DNA of 61,214 nt from Promethearchaeota archaeon (GCA_048937405.1 JBHLNF010000016.1:1-61214); one strand, 5' to 3'. Positions 40,149 to 50,393 are shown, counted from the stretch's first letter. Notes: generated from the letters alone by a model not told the origin. Numbers and translations: made by a program.

Positions 40149-41324
40149 ATGACAAATATTAAGAATATAGTTCAGCTTGGTTTTGGCGATATGGGAAAAG
40201 GAATCGCCCAAGTTTGCTTGATGGCAGGCTATAATGTCACAGCGGTTGATGTAAATAGTGAAATAATTGAAAAAGGTTCAAATTACATAAAAACAGGATT
40301 CCAAAAGTTAGAAGAAAAAGGGAAATTACCCACAGGTTCGAGCGCGGCAGATTTTATTGCAAAATTAAAAACATCTGATAATATTATTGAAGTTTCTAAG
40401 GATGCAGATTTAGTTATTGAAGCAGTAGCAGAGATTCTAGATTTAAAACAAAAACTATGTAAGGATGTTATTGAAAACTCTCCTGATCATTGTATTTTTG
40501 CTTCGAATACTTCTACGATGAGTATTACTGAGATCGCTGAGAAATGTAATAAACCTGAAAATGTGATAGGCATGCATTTCTTCAATCCAGCTCCCTTGAT
40601 GCGTCTCGTAGAAATAATTAAGGGAGATAAGAGTTCTGATGAGTCTATGGAAATAGGGGTTAAAGTTGCGGAAACTCTACCAGTTTTGAGAGGAGAAAGA
40701 TACGTTGCTCGTGTATTAAAAGATCGTCCTGGCTTTATTGTTAATCGTGTGCTTGCACCTCGAGGTATCTACACTAATTACATTATTGATATGGCTTATG
40801 AGAAAGGTATTCCTTGGGAAGAAGTAGATGCTGATCTATCTGGACCAAATGCTCCCATGACTTCATTAACTTTAGCGGATTTTACAGGACGTGATATTGC
40901 ATATCATGGTGGGCTTTATTATGCAGAAAAACTTTCACCCGATTTTGCACCTGGAAAAGTAACAAAAATGCAAGTAGAAAAAGGAACACTAGGTAAAAAA
41001 ACTGGACAAGGGTTTTATGATTGGTCAAAAGGGAGACCTCAACCCGATCTCTCTAAAAAAGCTGGAATTGTTAATCGTGATATTTTTACCGCCATTGCAG
41101 CTAATGAAGGTTGTAGAATATTGGAAGAAGGCGTTGTTTCAAGTTGGAAAGTTATCGATGAAGCAATCTTAGCAGGTATGAATTTTCCCGGTCCAATGGA
41201 ATCTGCAACAAAGAATTATGAACGTTATGCTAGTCTTTTAGAAGAAACTGCTGAAAAATTAGGTAAATCTTATCTAAAACCATGTGAATTACTTAAATCT
41301 GGAAAGTTTGTAGATATGTTGTAA
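40149..41324 (+). CDS. 3-hydroxyacyl-CoA dehydrogenase (FadB/Hbd family, extended C-terminus)
   Basis: GFGDMGKGIA, VIEAVAE, ASNTST, GMHFFNP...LVE, PGFIVNR, LGKKTGQGFY. Confidence 0.93.
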   Translation: MTNIKNIVQLGFGDMGKGIAQVCLMAGYNVTAVDVNSEIIEKGSNYIKTGFQKLEEKGKLPTGSSAADFIAKLKTSDNIIEVSKDADLVIEAVAEILDLKQKLCKDVIENSPDHCIFASNTSTMSITEIAEKCNKPENVIGMHFFNPAPLMRLVEIIKGDKSSDESMEIGVKVAETLPVLRGERYVARVLKDRPGFIVNRVLAPRGIYTNYIIDMAYEKGIPWEEVDADLSGPNAPMTSLTLADFTGRDIAYHGGLYYAEKLSPDFAPGKVTKMQVEKGTLGKKTGQGFYDWSKGRPQPDLSKKAGIVNRDIFTAIAANEGCRILEEGVVSSWKVIDEAILAGMNFPGPMESATKNYERYASLLEETAEKLGKSYLKPCELLKSGKFVDML

Positions 41325-41390
41325 TTTATACAAAATTTTTTTTTTTAAAAAATTCTTAAAAATATTCATTAATTCAAAAGGAGGAACAAA

Positions 41391-42422
41391 ATGATAGAAA
41401 CAAATATAACAAAAATGTTTGGGATTAAATATCCAATATTAAGTGCCCCAATGGGACCATTTTTTACTCGAGATTTAGCACTTGCAGTAAGTGAAGCTGG
41501 CGGCTTGGGGGTATTATCAAATGTAAATATAGTGGGAACAGATCCAGTTGAGGAACATAAAAGAAGCTTGGAATATATGATTGAACATACAGATAAACCA
41601 TTTGGGCTTAATATTCTTACTTCTCGTAATAATAGAGGAGTCCAAGAAATGGTAACAGAATTACCAAAAATAGTTATGGACAATCCAAAAATGAGAGACC
41701 AGTGTTTGTATTGGTTAACTTCGGCAGGATCTTCAAAGTTTCTTCCCGCCTCTAAATCATTCCAAGAATTAAGAAAAAATTCCAATGTTAAACACTTTCA
41801 TGTATCACCCGCTGTGTGGTTAGCACAGAAATGTATAGATGCTGGAGTGGATGGGGTAGTAGTAACTGGTGGAGAAGGAGGAGGTCATCAATCCTATGAA
41901 AAGGTTTCAACATTAGTATTACTACAACAGATTAATAAAACGTTTCCTGATTTACCCAAAATAGCATGTGGGGGATTTGCAACAGGAGAAGCACTATCAG
42001 CAGCATTATCTTTAGGAGCAGGAGCCATCGCTATGGGATCTAGATTTATTGCTTCAAAACAAAGTGAATTTCATGAAAAGTATAAGGCTTTAATTCCACC
42101 AGGAAAACCTCAAGATACAGGACTCTACACCGGTTCATTTGGTCCTATCCGTTTATATAGAAATAAATACGCTATTGCACATCCAGCACCCGGCTCTAAA
42201 GAGGAGATGATAGCTTATGAGCAATCTATACCCCCAGAGGTAAAAGCTTTAGATTCAGGGGCTTATGATAGAGTTTATAACGGAGATACTGAAACTGGTG
42301 CGGTATTACTAGGTCAATCAATTGGTATTATTGATAGTATTGATGATGTTTCTGAAATTATTGAAAGAATAATGAAAGAGGCAGAAAAAGCAATTAAAAA
42401 TAACTATTCTATGTTGAAATAA
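41391..42422 (+). CDS. FabK/nitronate monooxygenase-family FMN oxidoreductase, copy 1
   Basis: IKYPILSAPM, AVSEAGGLG, TDKPFG, GGEGGGH, ACGGF, MGSRF, GQSIG. Confidence 0.9.
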   Translation: MIETNITKMFGIKYPILSAPMGPFFTRDLALAVSEAGGLGVLSNVNIVGTDPVEEHKRSLEYMIEHTDKPFGLNILTSRNNRGVQEMVTELPKIVMDNPKMRDQCLYWLTSAGSSKFLPASKSFQELRKNSNVKHFHVSPAVWLAQKCIDAGVDGVVVTGGEGGGHQSYEKVSTLVLLQQINKTFPDLPKIACGGFATGEALSAALSLGAGAIAMGSRFIASKQSEFHEKYKALIPPGKPQDTGLYTGSFGPIRLYRNKYAIAHPAPGSKEEMIAYEQSIPPEVKALDSGAYDRVYNGDTETGAVLLGQSIGIIDSIDDVSEIIERIMKEAEKAIKNNYSMLK

Positions 42423-42736
42423 AAAATAATATGTAATGGATTGAAAATAGAATAATTAGAATAACAAGAATAATCAAATTATGAATTATGAGTTGGGAGT
42501 GAACTAAATGATTAAAAATTACATCTAATTAAAGAAAATAAAATCATGAAAGTATTTCCAACATATAAAACATAAAATTGATATATTTTTATTAATTTTT
42601 TCTTGATAACAATCAAAATTTATAATTAATAGACGTATTATATTTAAATCATAGTTACTTAATTTATTATACAATATAGTAAATCTATTTTATTATTCAT
42701 TATATCCTTATTTGAAAATAGAAGGAGCAAAATAAA

Positions 42737-43450
42737 ATGGTTGAAAAATCCTCTAAAATGTCTGAAACATCTGTTAAAAGAAGAACTCGATGTCGTTCTC
42801 CCGAAAAAAAAGCTGCTCAATTTGAAGAAATTTTAGAAGCAGGAAAAAAGTTATTTGAAGAAAGGGGAAGAGACGGTTTCAGTTTGCGAGCTTTGGCTAA
42901 ATCTCTTGGAATGAATCAAAATAATTTATATAATTATGTGGAAAGTAAACGAGAGTTATATATAGCCATCAGAAATAAGTATTTTAAGCAATATCGAGAA
43001 GAAAATTTAGATATAATCAATGATCACAAGAGCTCCTCTTTTGAGCTTCTAATGAAGTTATTTAATCACTTTTTAAAGTTTGCTGAAAGAGATTTTGGTG
43101 CATTTCGCATGATGCATCTTAGGCAATCTCCTCCTTCTGATAAGATAGGTCCTATTGAGAAGGAATATCGTGAATTTAGACTTTTAACAGGTACAAATAA
43201 ATTAATAAGAAAAACGATTCAAGAAGGGGATATTATTAATACTAATGATGAAATGCTTACTTTTTTTGTTTATAGTGTTGTTTTGGGTGCTGCTATGATA
43301 GAACGTCATATGAGAGAAATGCTAAAAATTAGTATGAAAGGAGATTTTGCAAGTGAACTCATACAATTTGGAGATACTAATTTTTCAACAGAAGAATTTC
43401 GAAATTTTGTTTTAGAAAATCTAGAATTTATTCTACGTGAAAAAACATAA
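42737..43450 (+). CDS. TetR/AcrR-family transcriptional regulator
   Basis: ILEAGKKLFEERGRDGFSLRALAKSLGMNQNNLYNYVESKREL helix-turn-helix. Confidence 0.9.
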   Translation: MVEKSSKMSETSVKRRTRCRSPEKKAAQFEEILEAGKKLFEERGRDGFSLRALAKSLGMNQNNLYNYVESKRELYIAIRNKYFKQYREENLDIINDHKSSSFELLMKLFNHFLKFAERDFGAFRMMHLRQSPPSDKIGPIEKEYREFRLLTGTNKLIRKTIQEGDIINTNDEMLTFFVYSVVLGAAMIERHMREMLKISMKGDFASELIQFGDTNFSTEEFRNFVLENLEFILREKT

Positions 43451-43523
43451 TTTAATAAAATCTAATAATTAAGAAAATCTAGATTTAATATTCATTATGT
43501 AATTATAAGAGGTTGAAATAATA

Positions 43524-44468
43524 ATGGGAATGTTAGATGGAAAAGTTGCATTAATTACTGGGGCTGGACGAGGTGTAGGTCGTGAGGAAGCACTTGCAAT
43601 GGCAAAAGAGGGTTGCAACTTAGTAATTAATGATATTGGTGGAGGCTCCGATCATTTAACAAAGGATTCTAAAATTGCGGATAGTGTAGTTGAAGAATGC
43701 AAAAGCCTTGGAGTAAAAGCAATAGCAAACTATGACTCTGTTGTAGATTATAACAAAGCAAAAGCTATGTTAGAGCAAGCAATTTCTGAATTTGGGAAAT
43801 TAGATATTATTGTCAATAATGCTGGTATATTAAGGGATAGAATGATTTTCAATATGACAGAAGAAGAATTTGATGCTGTAATCGCAGTTCATTTAAAGGG
43901 AACCTTTAATCTTACTAAACATGCAGCAGTTTATTTCAGAACATTAGGAAAAGAAAACCCAAATTTAAAAAATTTTGGTAGAATTATAAATACCGCATCT
44001 GATTCTGGTCTATATGGTAATCCAGGTCAATCAAATTATGGTGCTGCCAAATCAGGTATTGCAACTTTCAGTGTTATAGTGTCAAGGGAACTTGCAAAAT
44101 ATGCAACTGTGAATTGCGTTGTACCGAGTGCCAGAACCCGTATGACTACAGATTTAACTCCTAAAATGACCGGATATATGAGTACAAAAACTAAAGATGG
44201 ATTTGATGTTTTTCACCCTTCACACTTTGCACCATTAGTTGTTTTTTTAGCATCTGATGCAGCCAGTAATATTAATGGAGAAATATTTAAAGCAATTGGA
44301 GATAAAGTATGGGTATATCGTGGTTGGCGGGCTGTAAAGAAAATTTCAAATAATTGGAAAACGTTTACACCCCAACAATTAGCTGAACGTGTTGAATCAG
44401 AATTAATGACAGATTTACCATCGAAAAGAGAAGGAGCAGCAACTAAAGAAGATTTATTTAATTTATAG
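43524..44468 (+). CDS. SDR oxidoreductase, MFE-2/HSD17B4-type (R)-3-hydroxyacyl-CoA dehydrogenase-like
   Basis: TGAGRGVG, VINDIGG, NNAGILRD, VHLKG, GRIINTAS, GQSNYGAAK. Confidence 0.88.
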   Translation: MGMLDGKVALITGAGRGVGREEALAMAKEGCNLVINDIGGGSDHLTKDSKIADSVVEECKSLGVKAIANYDSVVDYNKAKAMLEQAISEFGKLDIIVNNAGILRDRMIFNMTEEEFDAVIAVHLKGTFNLTKHAAVYFRTLGKENPNLKNFGRIINTASDSGLYGNPGQSNYGAAKSGIATFSVIVSRELAKYATVNCVVPSARTRMTTDLTPKMTGYMSTKTKDGFDVFHPSHFAPLVVFLASDAASNINGEIFKAIGDKVWVYRGWRAVKKISNNWKTFTPQQLAERVESELMTDLPSKREGAATKEDLFNL

Positions 44469-44475
44469 ATTTAAA

Positions 44476-45267
44476 GTGATTATTTTAACAGAATATATTT
44501 TAACCAAAACAGAAGACAGAGTTTTTCATATAATTTTAAACAGACCTAGTAAAAAGAATGCATTAACAAGAGCAATGTATAAAGGTTTGGCTGATGCATT
44601 AGAAGCCGCAGAAACGGATAAAAATGTTATGGTAATACTAATGTATGGTAATGGAGATTCGTTTTGTGCAGGAAATGATTTAAAAGATTTTCAAGATGTA
44701 AAGTATATAACTGGAGCTAAAACTGAGGAAAGACCCGCAGTGGCTCTTTCAAAATGGTTATTGGGGGCTAAAAAGCCAGTAATTGTAGCTATACACGGTT
44801 ATGCAGTAGGTATTGGAAGTACAATGCCATTGAATTGTGATTTAATTTATGCATCAGAAGATGCTAAATTTCAATTTCCTTTTACAAGCCTAGGTTTAAT
44901 ACCTGAATTTGGATCAACATTTATTCTTCCAGAATTAGTAGGAAAATTTCGAGCAGCTGAGTTATTTTTTTTAGGTGATTTCTTTACTGCTGAAGAGGCA
45001 GTTAAAATAGGAATGGTAAATAAAATTTTCCCAAAAGAGGAACTGATTGAGAAAGTAACAAATATTGCTAAATCACTAGCAGAAAAACCACCAAAAGCAT
45101 TGAGATCAACAAAAGAATTAATAAATAAATATCACAAAAGTATTTTGGAAAATCTAAAGCAAGAAGAATCCATGGAATTTAGAAGAAGATTAGTATCACC
45201 AGAAGCGCAAGAAGCATTTTCTGCTTTTTTTGCTAAAAGAAAGCCTGATTTCTCACAATTTGATTAA
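44476..45267 (+). CDS. Crotonase-family protein, probably delta3,delta2-enoyl-CoA isomerase type
   Basis: NRPSKKNAL, FCAGNDL, AVGIGST, PFTSLGLIPEFGS. Lacks the hydratase GGGxE glutamate and has the ECI2-like PExGS. Confidence 0.85.
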   Translation: MIILTEYILTKTEDRVFHIILNRPSKKNALTRAMYKGLADALEAAETDKNVMVILMYGNGDSFCAGNDLKDFQDVKYITGAKTEERPAVALSKWLLGAKKPVIVAIHGYAVGIGSTMPLNCDLIYASEDAKFQFPFTSLGLIPEFGSTFILPELVGKFRAAELFFLGDFFTAEEAVKIGMVNKIFPKEELIEKVTNIAKSLAEKPPKALRSTKELINKYHKSILENLKQEESMEFRRRLVSPEAQEAFSAFFAKRKPDFSQFD

Positions 45268-45387
45268 ATATCAACAAAAAACCTTAATTACCCAGATTTC
45301 GGATAATTATATTTTCAAACTAAAGAAAAGTGTAAATTAAAATAAATCAAAATATATCAATAAAATATAAAATTTTAATGAAAAAGC

Positions 45388-46530
45388 ATGACGGAAATAT
45401 TAGATCAAGAAACATATGAGAAATATGAAGAAGCAGCAAAAATAATCAATAAAGCAGGACGCACATCTTATCCTATAAATGATACGTTAATTATGATTTT
45501 AAGACACGTCATTCCTGATGAAAAGGACCTCAAATTAATAAAACTCTTTGAAAATAAGAACTCGCAAACATTAGAACAACTACAAGAAATTAGCAATCTA
45601 TCTGAAGAAGAAATAATAAAAAATGCTGAGAATTTAGCTAAAAAAGGAGTAATCTTTGATCAACCAAGTAGGACTGGCCTTAAAGTATATAGATTGATGC
45701 CTTTCATTAATGTGGGTATTTTTGAATATACTTTCATGGGAAAATTAGAGGATACTAAGGAAAACAGAGAATTAGCAAAACTATATGTCAAATTAGGATC
45801 AAATTTGAGAAGTAGAATAATGCAAAATTATGAAGCACTTTTGATTCGTCAGAAGAAAAGACCACCTGTAGATAGGACAATACCTTTCACCATAAATAAA
45901 GATACTGGAACTGAAATAGAAATTATAGTAGATAAATCAATAGAAGTCCCTGAAGAAAAAATTCTTCCTGTTCAGAAAGTAGAAGAACTTATTAAAAAAT
46001 TTGATGATATTGCTGTTGGTCATTGTTTCTGCCGGCATCAGCATGATTTATTAGGAGATCCATGCAAACAAACTTATATAAGAGAAAATTGTTTTACATT
46101 TGGAAAATCTGCTCGATATACTTCGGACCACGGATTTAGTAGAAAAATTTCAAAAGAAGAAGCTTTGGATATAATAAGACGATCAAATGAGGATGGATTA
46201 GTTAATAAAGCCTATCATCCGAATTTTGACATCACTAAAGATGAAACAAGTTTGTGTATGTGTTGCAATTGTTGTTGCGGTCAAACACGAGGTTTTAATG
46301 TCAATCAAACAAATCATATAGCCATAATTGATCAAGAATTATGTAATGGGTGTGGTATTTGCGTTGAAAAATGTCATACTGGAACAATGCAATTAAATGA
46401 TGATAATATTGCCTATAATGGAGATCTCTGTATTGGTTGCGGCGTTTGTGCATATTTCTGTCCCGAGCAAGCGATATCTTTAAAAGAAAAGGAAAGAATT
46501 GTTCGCTTTACTCCACCTCGAGTACAATAA
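45388..46530 (+). CDS. Cys-rich Fe-S protein, paralogue of 23106..24245
   Basis: HCFCRHQH, LCMCCNCCC, CNGCGICVEKC, CIGCGVCAYFCP. Confidence 0.85.
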   Translation: MTEILDQETYEKYEEAAKIINKAGRTSYPINDTLIMILRHVIPDEKDLKLIKLFENKNSQTLEQLQEISNLSEEEIIKNAENLAKKGVIFDQPSRTGLKVYRLMPFINVGIFEYTFMGKLEDTKENRELAKLYVKLGSNLRSRIMQNYEALLIRQKKRPPVDRTIPFTINKDTGTEIEIIVDKSIEVPEEKILPVQKVEELIKKFDDIAVGHCFCRHQHDLLGDPCKQTYIRENCFTFGKSARYTSDHGFSRKISKEEALDIIRRSNEDGLVNKAYHPNFDITKDETSLCMCCNCCCGQTRGFNVNQTNHIAIIDQELCNGCGICVEKCHTGTMQLNDDNIAYNGDLCIGCGVCAYFCPEQAISLKEKERIVRFTPPRVQ

Positions 46531-46646
46531 TCATGTATGACTTTTTTTTTTCTAATAATTTGAATCATATTCTCTAACTTTATTATGACTCCTAAATTGA
46601 TTTAAAGTAACAATAAAAAAATTCAAAAATTAAAATTGTGTTTAAA

Positions 46647-47744
46647 ATGGTTTTGGAAACAAATATAACAAAAATGCTAGGAATTAAACATCCTATTGTT
46701 GGTGCTCCTATGGGCCCCTTCTACACAACTGATATGTGTGTAGCTATTTCTGAAGCAGGAGGTTTGGGTATATTATCCCACACTACTATTGCACGAGGAC
46801 AAGAAATTGGAAATGAACCAAGAAAAGATCGAGTCTCGACTGATGCTCTTGGACCAATGAAAAAAAATATGGAGTATGTTGTTGAACATACAGATAAACC
46901 ATTTGGATTTAATATAAGGACCTCTAGAAATGAAGTACAGGCTCCAACACTCTGTAGAGAAATACCAAAATTTATTATGGAGAATCAAAGAATTAGAGAA
47001 CAGTGTGTATATGCTCTCACAAGTGCAGGATCTTCTAAAACATTACCTCAAAGTAAAACTTGGCAAGAACTAAAAGAAAAATCTGAAATTAAACATTTTC
47101 ATGTAGCCCCTGCGTTATGGCTTGCAGACAAATGTGTTGCTTCTGAAGTGGATGGTATGGTCGTAACTGGTGGAGAAGGTGGAGGACATCAATCATTTGA
47201 AAAAGTAAGCACTCTTGTCTTACTTCAGCAGGTTCATCAAAAATATCCTGATTTTCCCGTAATTGCATGCGGAGGATTTGCAACTGGAGCGGGTTTAGCT
47301 GCTGCATTATCAATGGGTGCTGGAGGTATAGCTATGGGTTCTCGTTTTATTGCTAGCAAAGAAAGCGAATTCCATGAGAATTATAAAAATGTTGTACCTC
47401 CTTCAAAAGCTCAAGATACAATATATACTGCAGGAGTGTTAGGACCAATTAGATTATGGAAGAATGAGTATAGTCTCCATCATGCAGCAGTAAATTCAAA
47501 GGAGGAACTCATGGCACATGAACAGCAACTCAGATCACTCCCGCCTGAAGAATTTATAAAACAGGCTCTTGAAACTTCAAATGCCTATCTTGCTGCTTAT
47601 AGAGGAGATATAAATTCTGGAGCAGTACTACTAGGACAAAGTATCGGTATTATTGAGAGTATTGAGAGTGTATCAGATATAGTCATTAATATAGTATCTG
47701 ATGCAGAAACATTGTTGAAAAGCGCAGCAGGTAAGATTAAATAA
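46647..47744 (+). CDS. FabK/nitronate monooxygenase-family FMN oxidoreductase, copy 2
   Basis: Same motifs as copy 1. The ATG at 46647 is chosen by alignment with the paralogues. Confidence 0.9.
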   Translation: MVLETNITKMLGIKHPIVGAPMGPFYTTDMCVAISEAGGLGILSHTTIARGQEIGNEPRKDRVSTDALGPMKKNMEYVVEHTDKPFGFNIRTSRNEVQAPTLCREIPKFIMENQRIREQCVYALTSAGSSKTLPQSKTWQELKEKSEIKHFHVAPALWLADKCVASEVDGMVVTGGEGGGHQSFEKVSTLVLLQQVHQKYPDFPVIACGGFATGAGLAAALSMGAGGIAMGSRFIASKESEFHENYKNVVPPSKAQDTIYTAGVLGPIRLWKNEYSLHHAAVNSKEELMAHEQQLRSLPPEEFIKQALETSNAYLAAYRGDINSGAVLLGQSIGIIESIESVSDIVINIVSDAETLLKSAAGKIK

Positions 47745-47831
47745 ATTATTTATTTACAATGACTTTTTTTTTGTAATTCTTTTTATTTTCAATAAGTAAT
47801 TTCAATTAATTAAAAGGGATCACTCTTTGTT

Positions 47832-47963
47832 TATAACGGAGATCTCTGTATTGGTTGTGGAGTTTGTGCATATTTTTGTCCCGAACAAGCGATATCCTTA
47901 AAAGAAAACGATAGGATTGTTCGCTTTTTTCCTCCCAAAGATAATAAAAATTCTAATAATTGA
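47832..47963 (+). pseudogene. 3' remnant of a third Cys-rich Fe-S protein gene
   Basis: Encodes YNGDLCIGCGVCAYFCPEQAISLKENDRIVRFFPP, nearly identical to 46414-46530. In-frame TAA at 47811 and no start codon. Confidence 0.88.
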
Positions 47964-48071
47964 AATTCTTCCTATCATTTTGGATACTATTTCTTTAACT
48001 TTATTTTGTCTACTAAATTTAACTAAAGTAACTAATAAAAAAAAAAATGAATAAAAGAAATAGTGATTATA

Positions 48072-49124
48072 ATGGTTTTAGAAACAAATATAACAAAAAT
48101 GCTAGGAATTAAACATCCTATTGTTGCTGCCCCTATGGGTCCATTTTATACAACTGAACTAACAATTGCAGTATCAGAGGCAGGAGGTTTAGGTGTATTA
48201 AGTCATAGTGCTTTGATAAGTGATGTTTTAGCCAATAAATCCCCTGTGGCGATAATGAAAGAAAATATGCTTAAAGTAGTAGAGCACACAGATAAACCTT
48301 TTGGTTTCAATATTAGGACTTCTCGTAGAGAAGCTGCCGCTATAGAACTTGTTAGAGATATTCCCAAATTCATTAGAGAAACTCCAAGAGTAAGAGAGCA
48401 GTGTGTATATGCTATTACTAGTGCTGGATCTTCAAAAACGCTACCTCAATCAAAACAATACCAAAAATTAAAAGAAAGTGGTTCAAATATCAAACATTTT
48501 CATGTAGCTCCAGCATTATGGCTAGCAGAAAAATGTGTTGCCTCAAAGGTAGATGGAATGGTAGTAACTGGTGGAGAAGGAGGAGGTCATCAATCTTATG
48601 AAAAGGTTAGTAGCTTGGTCTTACTTCAACAAGTATTACAACAACATCCTGATTTTCCAGTGATCGCATGTGGAGGATTTGCTACTGGTAACGGACTTGC
48701 TGCTGCTTTAGCTTTGGGAGCGGGAGCTATTGCAATGGGATCTAGATTTATTGCCTCTCATGAAAGTGAATTTCATGAAACATATAAAAATGTTGTACCC
48801 CCTGCAAAAGCACAAGATACAGTATTGGTCACCGGAGCATTAGGACCAATTAGGCTTTGGAAAAATGATTATTCATTACATCATGGACTTGTAACAAGTA
48901 AGGAAGAAAAAATGGCAGAGGAAGCAGCATTTACCCAAGAAGATATAATTAATGAAGGTAAGGCATATGAAGCAGCATACAAGGGTGATATTAATTCTGG
49001 AGCTGTTTTATTAGGGCAGAGTATAGGAATAATAAACAATTTAAAGAATGTTAAGGATATTGTCGATTCAATTGTTCAAGATGCAGAACATCTTTTGAAG
49101 AAAGCCAATGCATCAATTAAATAA
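48072..49124 (+). CDS. FabK/nitronate monooxygenase-family FMN oxidoreductase, copy 3
   Basis: Same motifs; MVLETNITKMLGIKHPIV is identical to copy 2. Confidence 0.9.
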   Translation: MVLETNITKMLGIKHPIVAAPMGPFYTTELTIAVSEAGGLGVLSHSALISDVLANKSPVAIMKENMLKVVEHTDKPFGFNIRTSRREAAAIELVRDIPKFIRETPRVREQCVYAITSAGSSKTLPQSKQYQKLKESGSNIKHFHVAPALWLAEKCVASKVDGMVVTGGEGGGHQSYEKVSSLVLLQQVLQQHPDFPVIACGGFATGNGLAAALALGAGAIAMGSRFIASHESEFHETYKNVVPPAKAQDTVLVTGALGPIRLWKNDYSLHHGLVTSKEEKMAEEAAFTQEDIINEGKAYEAAYKGDINSGAVLLGQSIGIINNLKNVKDIVDSIVQDAEHLLKKANASIK

Positions 49125-49337
49125 TCAAAATAAAAGGAGTTTTTATTAAATCACTTCTTTAATTTATTTTTTATATATTATCTTGACTTAATATTTATAG
49201 CATATAAATCTTTTAAGGATTCTAATATCTAAATATATAATTTGAATTTAAATAATTTAACATATGATCAAAGACTATATAAGATTAAAAAATTTAAATC
49301 GATTTAATAAATTCATTAGACTTAATAATTAGTTGCT

Positions 49338-50393
49338 ATGGTAAATCCAATTAATAAATTCAAAATTTATAAATCCGATGCAGCCCCATTTTTCTTTTAT
49401 ATAGAAATATTTCCTCCCAATCTTACATCTTATAATAAAGAATATGCTCTAGTACTCTTAAAAAAAATAAAGGAAAATCCAATAATGCCTTTACCTATGA
49501 GAGTGGATCGGGTATTTAATGGAGAAAAATCACTTTTAATCCGCCCTAGAGAACCAATCTCCTTCCCAATAATGGATGATCTAGAAGCATGGGTCAATCC
49601 CTCTATATTTCTTCAATATGGAATAGAAAAATTGCTGTATTTTACTGAAATTCGTGCTTTTGAATTATTTATAAGTCATCTTAAGATAGAAAAAATTAAT
49701 AAATGGTGGAAGGCATCAAAATTCCTTTATGCAAAAATTCGACAAATTGAGGAAGATTTCTCAGCATCTTTAAAAGCTTATATTAGTACAGTATTAAAAG
49801 CAAAACTTAATAATGAAGATATTATAAATGCTGCAAAGGATTATTGTAAAATTATTAAGGAACTATGTGAAAACAGAATGAACCAAAATTCTATTATAGT
49901 TGAAACAATAAGTAAAGTAGGTAATGTTAGAATGTATATAGAAAAAACAGGAAGATATCGTGAAAAAGGGAAAAAAGTTGAAAAGATTGAATATCATCCT
50001 GAGCTTATAGATATTGATGTATATAACCTAGTCGAGAAGGGCTTTAAGTACAATAGAGATAATCAAGACATAAATTTAGATGAATTAAAACCAAAACAGA
50101 TAAAATACATTCCACTATTATTCTATGATGATTTACTTGAATGTATGCTCCAAAATCTTAAAATATTAGAAGATGGAAATGAAAATATATTAGATCCTTC
50201 ATTTTTATTGGATAGGAATATAATTCTTCTACATGAAACTAAAAAAACAGAAGAATTAAAAATTCATGACTTTTCTTGGTTTAAAACTTTCGAGGAATTA
50301 AAATTTGAGTCAATACTTGAATCAATAAAAGCTACTCTTTTAGATCTTTATAAATCTAAAGGATATATTGATAATAATAAAATAAATTCCTAA
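49338..50393 (+). CDS. Hypothetical protein (351 aa)
   Basis: Long ORF in AT-rich DNA; no family motif that I recognise. Confidence 0.75.
   Translation: MVNPINKFKIYKSDAAPFFFYIEIFPPNLTSYNKEYALVLLKKIKENPIMPLPMRVDRVFNGEKSLLIRPREPISFPIMDDLEAWVNPSIFLQYGIEKLLYFTEIRAFELFISHLKIEKINKWWKASKFLYAKIRQIEEDFSASLKAYISTVLKAKLNNEDIINAAKDYCKIIKELCENRMNQNSIIVETISKVGNVRMYIEKTGRYREKGKKVEKIEYHPELIDIDVYNLVEKGFKYNRDNQDINLDELKPKQIKYIPLLFYDDLLECMLQNLKILEDGNENILDPSFLLDRNIILLHETKKTEELKIHDFSWFKTFEELKFESILESIKATLLDLYKSKGYIDNNKINS

Noticed and set aside
42494-42528. GGGAGTG SD followed by mini-ORF MIKNYI* upstream of tetR
   Set aside because: Too short to support; may be chance or a relic.
44476-44487. Possible TTA start at 44485 (GTG + 6 nt, giving MTEYIL...) by analogy with 46647 and 48072
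   Set aside because: An in-frame GTG at 44476 is available, so no non-canonical start is required.
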